Origin: a bacterium
GTDB lineage: Bacteria > Acidobacteriota > Blastocatellia > Pyrinomonadales > Pyrinomonadaceae
DNA length: 53,518 nucleotides
Reading direction: 5' to 3'
Assembly: GCA_040003675.1 (NCBI GenBank)
Contig: JBDUCC010000001.1
Span: 1-53,518 of the forward strand
Shown: piece by piece, positions 46,898-53,518 of the stretch
Layout: each line of letters starts with the position of its first letter
How positions within the stretch are numbered: the first letter of the stretch is position 1
The notes under the pieces: generated by a model
Told to the model about the DNA's origin: nothing
What the model saw: only the letters and a program-made list of their open reading frames with translations
Databases searched by the model: none
Program-made: the position numbers and the translations under genes

Positions 46898-47595
46898 CCC
46901 TCCTCTGGGACATCGATGGCACGCTGATGCGCTCTGTCCGCGCCGGTTCATTCAAGGACTACACCATTCCCATGTTGGAAGAAGTTTTCGGGACGGCCGG
47001 ACGTTTGCCGGAGATGAGAGTTTCGGGAATGACCGACTTGCAGATCGTCGGCGAGGCTCTGAAACACGAAGGCTTCACGCATGAACACATCCGCGAGCGC
47101 GTGGACGACTTGTGCGAGAGCTACATGAAAGCAATGCGCAAGTTTACCGGCAACGGTGACCAGGTATTTGAAGTTTTACCTGGAGTGCGCGAGGCGCTGC
47201 AAGTGGTGCACGATCATCCGCGCTATCAGTCCGCACTAGTCACCGGCAACATCGAGCCAGCCGCGTGGTTGAAGATGGAGATTGTCGAATTGGCGGAATT
47301 CTTCACGCTACCCGGCGCGTTTGGCGATGAATCGCACGACCGCCGCGATCTTCCTGCGCTCGCCGCAGACCGGATCCGCAAACATCTGCAAATGGATCTC
47401 GCACCCGAACAATTCATCGTCATTGGTGACACGCCGAATGACATTGAATGCGCTAAACATTTCGGCGCGCGCTCGTTGGCGGTTGATACGGGAAGGTTTT
47501 ATACAACCAACGATCTGATCGCGTGCCAACCCGATGCGCTTCTGCCGGACCTTACAGATCTTGATCTCATTATGCGAACGTTCGCTAAGTTATAA
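46819..47595 (+). CDS. HAD-superfamily hydrolase (subfamily IA, phosphatase-like)
   Basis: It has motif I LLWDIDGTLMRS, motif II VTGN, and motif IV IGDTPNDIECA. The only in-frame ATGs upstream of motif I (46786, 46819) lie in the repeat arm, so the N-terminal 25-35 aa are repeat-encoded. Confidence 0.75.
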   Translation: MKDETKPTGVSRGSYSSFIPHPSSFRALLWDIDGTLMRSVRAGSFKDYTIPMLEEVFGTAGRLPEMRVSGMTDLQIVGEALKHEGFTHEHIRERVDDLCESYMKAMRKFTGNGDQVFEVLPGVREALQVVHDHPRYQSALVTGNIEPAAWLKMEIVELAEFFTLPGAFGDESHDRRDLPALAADRIRKHLQMDLAPEQFIVIGDTPNDIECAKHFGARSLAVDTGRFYTTNDLIACQPDALLPDLTDLDLIMRTFAKL

Positions 47596-47735
47596 ATATC
47601 ATCACAACCGGATGGGCCGTGTGTAGCGGCCTCCGTACGCCGAAGGCGTTAGATTACTTACCCTCGGTCTACAAGCCCTCCCACAAATCTTTGAACCCTG
47701 AAAGTGTTCAATACCGCCGGTCACCCCAATGGCTT

Positions 47736-48425
47736 TCAATTCCACTCCACCATCAATCGCTCAACATGGATCTTCGTTGTATCGAGCAGCGGCATACCAT
47801 TGTGCAGTTCATCTTTCAGCAACAACGGCAACTCAGTGCCACCCAGAATTAAGGCTTCGATACCCTCTCGCGCTTTCAGCTCATCTGCGATTGCCAGCAA
47901 ACGTTCACGCGTTTCCGGCAGAAAGAGATTATTGAGCAGCTCGCCAATGTACTTTTCATGAATGTAGCTCTGTTCTTCTTCGTTCGGAGTAACCAGCGCC
48001 ATACCGGCGCGTGAAAATACTTCCGGGTAAAATTTTCCGTGCATTGTAAAGCCAGTGCCAAACAAGCCCACCCTTTTCAAGTCCAGCGCCTGAACCTTTT
48101 CGCTCGTCGCTTCGACAATACTAACCAGCGGAATACGAGAACGCCGCTGCACTTCATCAAAAACAATATGCGGCGTGTTCGCAGTAAAGGCCGCGAAGTC
48201 AGCACCGGCAGCAGCGAGTCGCTCAACCGCGCCCGCGAGTTCCTGCGCAAATTCGTCCAATTTGTTCGCATTCATGAGCGCCAGCAGGAGCTTGAGGTTC
48301 ACGCTGTTGATGATGATCGAAGGGTAGTTGCCGTCTTGCTGCTCGCGGTACGCTTCAATAAGCAGCCGGTAATATTCAATCGTCGATTCCGGACCAGTGC
48401 CACCAATGAGGCCAAGTGTTTTCAT
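47736..48425 (-). CDS. aspartate/glutamate racemase family protein
   Basis: 229 aa with MKTLGLIGGTGPESTIEYY, a conserved C-terminal half (LILGGTELPLL) and a typical Asp racemase-like layout. Confidence 0.8.
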   Translation of the reverse strand: MKTLGLIGGTGPESTIEYYRLLIEAYREQQDGNYPSIIINSVNLKLLLALMNANKLDEFAQELAGAVERLAAAGADFAAFTANTPHIVFDEVQRRSRIPLVSIVEATSEKVQALDLKRVGLFGTGFTMHGKFYPEVFSRAGMALVTPNEEEQSYIHEKYIGELLNNLFLPETRERLLAIADELKAREGIEALILGGTELPLLLKDELHNGMPLLDTTKIHVERLMVEWN

Positions 48426-48522
48426 ATCAGCGGATTTTAGCAGGAATAACTTGCCTCCGATTAACGCGGATCGGCGCGGATAAGCAAGAACAAATTTACA
48501 GACCAGCGGCGAACTATCGAAG

Positions 48523-50568
48523 CTAGATCCGGTGGAAACCTTTAAGAATGTCGCGGGTGGCGAGACGGAGAATGACCGGGCGGCCGTGCGGGCACGTTGT
48601 TGGTGAAGAGGTTTTCAAAAGTCGATCAATCAGCCAGTGCATCTTCTCCGGCGTCAGCGGCATGTTCACTTTGATCGCTGCATGACAAGCTAACGAGGCC
48701 GCAATGTCATCGCGCAAAGTCTCGCGCGCGCTTCCCTTCTTCTCTGCGTCAACCGTGTCCAGGATTTCGGCCAGCAGGTTACGCGCTTCGCCCGCAGGCA
48801 AATCGGCGGGCGTGGCTTTTATCGCCACAGTGCGCCCGGACAAACGCATCAATTCAAAACCGTAACTCTCCAGTTCGACTGCGACTGAATCAAACACCGC
48901 GGCCTGGGCCGGCGTTAGATCAAAAGTTTCGGGAATCAATAGCTGCTGCGACTCTGACGTGCGCGTGGATTCCAGCGCGCGATACTTGTCGAACAGAATT
49001 CGCTCATGGGCCACGTGCTGATCGATTAGCAGTAACCCTTCATCGTCGGTGGCAATGATGAAGCTTTCATCCAGCTGGCCCAGCGGACGAATGTTGGTTG
49101 ATAACGATTCGACCAGGACTTCTCGCGCAAACTTGTCCGCGGAATTAAGAGGTGGCAACGACGACACGCCCGCTGAGGCGAGCGGTTCTGACACTGCTGC
49201 TGCCGTCTGCTCCTGCTGACTCGGCGTCACATCAGTCTCAATCAACGCCTCCGGGCTCAGTGTTTGCCCAGCCAATTCCTGCCGCATGATCGCATCCAGA
49301 TCGCGCGCAGTGTCAGATTTTTTCGCTTCAGATACTGATTCATGCAGCAACAAATCTTCGTCCTGCATGGAATAGTCAACGAAGTCGATGCGTGATTGCG
49401 ATGCGGCTTCGCTGCCACCCGAACCGGCGAAACTGGAAATACTTCCCGGAGATAATGGATTAAGTGCAGAGGTGTTAATAGAAGTCTGACTTGCGGCCGC
49501 CGACATGGTGCTAACAGACGGATCCGGATCAGTTTGATTGAAAGCTGCTTCCTGCTGAGCCTCGGGGCGAACAAAGCCTGCGCTTGCCAACCCGGAACGC
49601 ACCGCTTCGCGCACAGCCTCGGCGACGGCGGCAGCGCGCCGAAATCTTACTTCCGTTTTCGCCGGATGGACGTTGACGTCAACTTCTTCGAGCGGAGTTT
49701 CAATAAACAACAGAGCGGCGGGATAGACCCCATGCGGCAGCACGGCCCGATAACCTTCCGAAAGCGCGTGAGAAATTAGCCGGTCTCTGACGAACCTGCC
49801 GTTTACAAACAGGTACTGCGCATCGCGCGAGCTGCGCCGGTCACGCGGGGCGGAAACGAAGCCAATCACGCGCGCCACTTGCGGATTGCCGCCATTGACT
49901 GCAAGCAAGTTATCAAGAAAGTCTGCGCCAAAAATCTGATACGCGCGCTCGCGCAAGTCCTTAGCAGGTGCTGCGCGTAAAACTTCGCGGCCGTTGTTAG
50001 TCAGGGTTAGGGCGATTTCCGGATGGGCCAGGGCGTAGTGGGTTACCAGATTGGTTAGGTGAAAACTTTCAGTCGCTTCCGAGCGCAGAAATTTACGGCG
50101 CGCCGGCACGTTGAAGAAAAGGTCGCGCACTGTGATGGTCGTACCACGCGGGTGTGCCGCATCCTTCACATCGCGCATTTTTCCGCCTTCAATAACAACA
50201 CGCGTGGCTGCGTTTGCAGCTTCCGTTTTCGTAGTCAGCTCGACGCGGGCGACGGAGGCGATCGAAGCCAGGGCCTCGCCGCGAAACCCGAGGGTCGCGA
50301 TGGCAGCGAGATCCTCCGACTTGCTGATCTTGGAAGTGGCATGTCGTTCAAAAGCGAGCACCGCATCGTCGCGCACCATGCCCTCGCCGTTGTCGGAAAC
50401 TTTCAGCAGACGTCGGCCGCCGCTCTCAACATCCAGCGTGATGCTGGTGGCGCCGGCATCAATCGCATTCTCAATCAGCTCTTTGGCAACCGACGCGGGC
50501 CGCTCAACGACTTCGCCGGCTGCGATTTGATTTGCAAGATGGTCGGGAAGGACGCGGATTTTGGACAT
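48523..50568 (-). CDS. mutL: DNA mismatch repair protein MutL
   Basis: 681 aa with an N-terminal GHKL ATPase (IAAGEVVERPASVAKELIENAIDAG, GFRGEALASI), a long disordered linker and a C-terminal dimerisation/endonuclease domain (DQHVAHERILF...CPHGRP). Confidence 0.95.
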   Translation of the reverse strand: MSKIRVLPDHLANQIAAGEVVERPASVAKELIENAIDAGATSITLDVESGGRRLLKVSDNGEGMVRDDAVLAFERHATSKISKSEDLAAIATLGFRGEALASIASVARVELTTKTEAANAATRVVIEGGKMRDVKDAAHPRGTTITVRDLFFNVPARRKFLRSEATESFHLTNLVTHYALAHPEIALTLTNNGREVLRAAPAKDLRERAYQIFGADFLDNLLAVNGGNPQVARVIGFVSAPRDRRSSRDAQYLFVNGRFVRDRLISHALSEGYRAVLPHGVYPAALLFIETPLEEVDVNVHPAKTEVRFRRAAAVAEAVREAVRSGLASAGFVRPEAQQEAAFNQTDPDPSVSTMSAAASQTSINTSALNPLSPGSISSFAGSGGSEAASQSRIDFVDYSMQDEDLLLHESVSEAKKSDTARDLDAIMRQELAGQTLSPEALIETDVTPSQQEQTAAAVSEPLASAGVSSLPPLNSADKFAREVLVESLSTNIRPLGQLDESFIIATDDEGLLLIDQHVAHERILFDKYRALESTRTSESQQLLIPETFDLTPAQAAVFDSVAVELESYGFELMRLSGRTVAIKATPADLPAGEARNLLAEILDTVDAEKKGSARETLRDDIAASLACHAAIKVNMPLTPEKMHWLIDRLLKTSSPTTCPHGRPVILRLATRDILKGFHRI

Positions 50569-50571
50569 AGC

Positions 50572-50604
50572 GATAGATTCTAGATACTAGATGCTGGATG
50601 CTAG
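50572..50604. repeat. left arm of the heptamer hairpin (gatagat tctagat actagat gctggat gctag)
   Basis: This 7-nt periodic array is the reverse complement of the array at 50996-51028 and contains the TAG stop (50601-50603) of the four-helix-bundle gene. Confidence 0.9.
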
Positions 50605-50999
50605 TCGTTTGCTGAATTTCTGACAGATCGCATCAGTCCATTCAAGATGCGACCTACCTCGTCAAGTTGCCCGCGCAATGCTTCATGTATCTCAAGACTC
50701 AGAAAGCCAAGTCGAGTAGCTGATTCTAAATGAGTGTCAAGTTCCCAAAGCGAGCCCCTAGCGTTAGAGAGAAAATATAGAAATTCTTTTGTGAGTCTTC
50801 GGCCTTGTCCTTCGGCGATGTTTGCCGGGATGGAAGTAACTGCTCGGCGGATCTGACTCGTGAGACCGTACCTCTCTTCGATTGGGAACCGCTCCGTCGC
50901 GCGGTAAACGCTGACAACCAGATCCATTCCTTTCTGCCAAACGATCAAGTCTCGATGACTTTTTATCACGGCCTTGGCTGAAGCGTTCGTCTCTTGCAT
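50601..50999 (-). CDS. four-helix-bundle protein (23S rRNA intervening-sequence protein / Avd-like family)
   Basis: 132 aa. It has DLIVWQKGMDLVVSVY, ERYGLTSQIRRAVTSIPANIAEGQGR and FLSNARGSLWELDTHL, the signature pattern of this family. Confidence 0.9.
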   Translation of the reverse strand: MQETNASAKAVIKSHRDLIVWQKGMDLVVSVYRATERFPIEERYGLTSQIRRAVTSIPANIAEGQGRRLTKEFLYFLSNARGSLWELDTHLESATRLGFLSLEIHEALRGQLDEVGRILNGLMRSVRNSAND

Positions 51000-51028
51000 C
51001 TAACATCTAGCATCTAGCATCTAGCATC
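50996..51028. repeat. right arm of the heptamer hairpin (gcatcta x4.7)
   Basis: gcatctaacatctagcatctagcatctagcatc contains the ATG (50999-50997, minus strand) of the four-helix-bundle gene. Confidence 0.9.
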
Positions 51029-51030
51029 TT

Positions 51031-52716
51031 TCAAAGGTAAACAATCTGATGCTCATTCGATCCAATATTGATCGCATTGTAGATCCACTCGATGACGTAA
51101 CGGCCGTGGCGGGCGAGCAGTGAAGTGATGTTGATATGGCGCTCCTGCAATTCTTTGTTGGGGTAGAGTTGATCGAAGGCGCGTTGCAGTTGCCGGTGGG
51201 CGGCTTCGTCGCGCGTCATCTGGGCGCGGTGAAAACGCGTGCGCAGTCCTTCAAGTTGATAGTTGATCTTGCGCCTGCCGGTTTCCAATGCGTCCGCTAA
51301 CGTTGGGTCTATCGTGCGCAGTTGTTCCCTCAGTTTGTCGAGCTCGCTGTTAACCGATTGTTCCGTGACCCCGAAAGTCTTCGCCGTCGCTGCGCCCAAA
51401 TGTTCCTCAACCACGCGCGCCAGCACATTTTCCGCACCGGCAAACAGATCCGCTAGTTCCAATCCATAACGCTCGAGCACGCGGCCGGTATGGGATTCAA
51501 TCATAGTCAGACTGGCGCGCGGCAGAATCGGCGTCGCTGGTCTTTCCAGGATTCGATAAACCTCGGCCGTCTGCGCGAAGTAAGCAATCTCGGCGGCGCC
51601 GCCGTAATACGCAATGCTTGGCAACAAATAATCCTGGACCACCGCGCGCAACGTAACGTTTGGACTGAACCGCTCGGGCTGGGCTAGCGCCATTTGTGCC
51701 AGCTCGTCGGCGCTATAAGCTTCATCGCTATTCTTAGTGGTGTACTTTCCGGCGGCAGTGCGCACGAGGGCATGCCGGGCGCCGCCCGTGTCATGCAGGA
51801 AAAGCGGAAACGAATTCTCCGAAGGCGTCACCTGGGCGTGATAGCCTGCTTTTACCAGCCGCTTGCTGCGCGTTTCAATGGCCGTGGCAATCTCGTGAGC
51901 ACGCGTCGCCGCCTGCGAATACAACGGAGCCGCTAATTTCTTCAGCCGCGGATCAAGCGGATCGAGAAATATCAATCCGTGATTGCCTAATAACGCAGTC
52001 ATCATGCGGGCAAAAGCCTCGCTGTAGGAACGGCCGGGCCGCCACGCGTCGCGCACTACTGCTTCGAGATCTGGAGTGAATTCGGAAACGGGAAGCAGCT
52101 CCAGCAATTGATCCACCACCGTATTGATCGAATCGTTGATCGCAACGCGGCCAACAGGTTGTCCTTCATGGTGTAACTCCAGCGGAACTTCGACGTGTGC
52201 GAGGCGGCAATCGCGTCCGATGAATTCAGCCTTGGCGACTTCAGGAAAGTCGTGGTCCTCGGTGGCGATCCAGAAGACAGGAACAGTTTTCGTGTTGCGC
52301 TGCGTCAAACAACCCGCCAGTTTCACAGCCGACAGCGCTTTGTAGATTGTGTAGAGCGGGCCGGTAAACAAACCTGCCTGCTGGCCCGATACGGCCGCAA
52401 GACAATCCGCGTCACGCAGCAGTTCGATGTTTTTGAGGGTGGCTTCGCCGGCGCCCCACGCGGCATTCATATCCAGCAACGCGTTGCAAAGTTGATTACG
52501 GTCGCTTTGATAAGTGGCGAGAACTTCAGGTGCGCGCGCCGGCAGCTCATGATGGAACTTAACGGCTGAAGGATAAAACTCTCTAAGCGCCAGCGGATCG
52601 CGCAGGTAATCCAGAAACAGCCGCGACTGTTGCGGGATAGTCTCAAACGACAGACTCTCTACGCGCAGTCCGGATTCTTCAGGGGTGCTGTAACAGGCAG
52701 GTTCGGCAGTACTCAA
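51031..52716 (-). CDS. bshC: bacillithiol biosynthesis cysteine-adding enzyme BshC
   Basis: 561 aa. LFLDYL, VSGQQAGLFTGPLYTIYKALSAVKLA, VPVFWIATEDHDFPEV and the coiled-coil C-terminus match the BshC/YllA family. Confidence 0.8.
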   Translation of the reverse strand: MSTAEPACYSTPEESGLRVESLSFETIPQQSRLFLDYLRDPLALREFYPSAVKFHHELPARAPEVLATYQSDRNQLCNALLDMNAAWGAGEATLKNIELLRDADCLAAVSGQQAGLFTGPLYTIYKALSAVKLAGCLTQRNTKTVPVFWIATEDHDFPEVAKAEFIGRDCRLAHVEVPLELHHEGQPVGRVAINDSINTVVDQLLELLPVSEFTPDLEAVVRDAWRPGRSYSEAFARMMTALLGNHGLIFLDPLDPRLKKLAAPLYSQAATRAHEIATAIETRSKRLVKAGYHAQVTPSENSFPLFLHDTGGARHALVRTAAGKYTTKNSDEAYSADELAQMALAQPERFSPNVTLRAVVQDYLLPSIAYYGGAAEIAYFAQTAEVYRILERPATPILPRASLTMIESHTGRVLERYGLELADLFAGAENVLARVVEEHLGAATAKTFGVTEQSVNSELDKLREQLRTIDPTLADALETGRRKINYQLEGLRTRFHRAQMTRDEAAHRQLQRAFDQLYPNKELQERHINITSLLARHGRYVIEWIYNAINIGSNEHQIVYL

Positions 52717-52742
52717 GTTTCTTTGCTCCTAGAGGAAGCATT

Positions 52743-53518
52743 TTACGCGGGAGACGTCGCTTCGACCAGCAGAGCTTGTTGGGCGACCTCGAAACAACGT
52801 CGAATTTCGGCACACGCTTCATCATCAACCGCGCGCAAAGGAGCGCGCACATGACCGCCCGCATAACCGGTCATATCGAGCGCTGCTTTCAGACCTCCAA
52901 GGCCGAAGCGGGTCGTGACTGCCGCGGCCAGCGGGGTTAGCGCGCTTTGCAAACGCTCACTGCGTTCATTGTCACCTGATTTCCCTGCACGGAGAATCTC
53001 CAAACACAGTTCGGGAGTGACACAGCCGACGGCAAGGATGGCGCCGCATGCTCCGGCGCCCAACGCTTCGCGCAAAACTGTTCCATTCCCGGTGAGCACC
53101 GCGAAATCATTTTGCACAAGCTGAATTGTCTCAGTTAACGCCGCAATGTCATTAGAGCTATCTTTTATTCCAATGATGTTCGGATGCTGACTCAGCTTCG
53201 CTGCAGTAATGGGTTCAATCTTGATTCCGGTCAGCGCTGGCATGGAATAAAGAATCAGCGGAACTGCAGACGCGTCAGCCACGGCGGTATAGTGGTCCAC
53301 GAGGGCAGCTTGAGTGATAGCGGCGCGGTAAAAATGCGGGGTGATGACAAGAACTGCATCCGCTTTCAGTGCCCCGGTAATCCGCTGGATCTCCTGAATC
53401 GTGCCGCGCGTGCTTTGTTGGCCCACTCCAGCGATGAATAACATATCCGCAGGCACTTCTTTGCGAGCCGCTGCTAACACCTGAAGTTGCTCAGCTTCAC
53501 TAAGGTTGACGCGCTCGC
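52743..53518 (-). CDS. dihydrodipicolinate synthase/N-acetylneuraminate lyase family protein (DapA-like), N-terminus outside the window
   Basis: The frame stays open upstream of the track start (..ERVNLSEAEQLQVLAAARKEV..). It has FIAGVG, VLVITPHFY, PLILYSMPALTG and IGIKDSS (Schiff-base Lys context). Confidence 0.8.
   Translation of the reverse strand, partial: ERVNLSEAEQLQVLAAARKEVPADMLFIAGVGQQSTRGTIQEIQRITGALKADAVLVITPHFYRAAITQAALVDHYTAVADASAVPLILYSMPALTGIKIEPITAAKLSQHPNIIGIKDSSNDIAALTETIQLVQNDFAVLTGNGTVLREALGAGACGAILAVGCVTPELCLEILRAGKSGDNERSERLQSALTPLAAAVTTRFGLGGLKAALDMTGYAGGHVRAPLRAVDDEACAEIRRCFEVAQQALLVEATSPA

Noticed and set aside
48457-48485. cgcggat-type repeats (ccgattaacgcggatcggcgcggataagc) between the racemase start and the mutL stop
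   Set aside because: There are only 2-3 imperfect units with about 10-nt spacing and a weak hairpin (ccgat..atcgg). It may belong to yet another repeat family, but the evidence within this window is insufficient.
50601-50999. Avd-like four-helix-bundle gene as a marker of a diversity-generating retroelement
   Set aside because: There is no reverse transcriptase gene and no template/variable repeat pair. The flanking genes are housekeeping genes (mutL, bshC). The flanking repeats are heptamer arrays, not TR/VR.

Overview
This is a 53.5-kb gene-dense chromosomal window with about 45 credible genes on both strands. Gene content weakly suggests a soil Gram-negative of the Acidobacteriota type (MacB/FtsX permease arrays, FHA-kinase module, BshC, N-acetylornithine transcarbamylase). 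This is inference only. Gene order: argH (partial, -) is divergent from argR-argG-unknown P-loop gene-argC-CsaA-like-argD-argF'-argB (+). Next come an HhH protein, a REP-flanked RAYT-like Y1 transposase with an in-frame TAG, and a TAT-exported glycosylasparaginase. Then an operon of FHA protein, Ser/Thr kinase, RDD protein and FHA-GAF-PP2C phosphatase (-). Then a MacA-type adaptor, a MacB-type ATPase and four tandem FtsX-type permease paralogues (+), followed by Yip1. Then a methylmalonyl-CoA mutase catalytic subunit with two orphan Opp/Dpp-type ATPases (-). The rest is an rlmI-like gene, S41 protease, GT2, YjbR, pdxJ, atpDC, a secreted HExxH-Calx-beta-DUF4214 protein, pfkA, greA, a CDP-alcohol phosphatidyltransferase, biotin carboxylase plus biotinyl carrier, HAD, Asp/Glu racemase, mutL, bshC and a partial dapA-like gene. 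Three things stand out. (1) At 12 loci a tandem array of a 7-nt unit (9-nt at one locus) faces an array of the reverse-complement unit; a 13th locus has a single unpaired array. The paired arrays form long hairpins exactly at gene boundaries, often supply the start or stop codons of neighbouring genes, and at one locus enclose a 23S-rRNA-IVS-type four-helix-bundle gene as the loop. (2) Two adjacent genes are interrupted by an in-frame TGA at the expected redox-active Cys position: an AhpE-like peroxiredoxin and a GrdB/PrdB-like selenoprotein-B family protein. Each TGA is followed by a hairpin, so both are probable selenoproteins that the ORF track splits or misses. (3) An uncharacterised P-loop gene is tightly packed (ATG 10 nt after the argG stop; TAATG overlap with argC) inside an arg operon that lacks argA/argJ. 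No rRNA, tRNA or CRISPR array was recognised.
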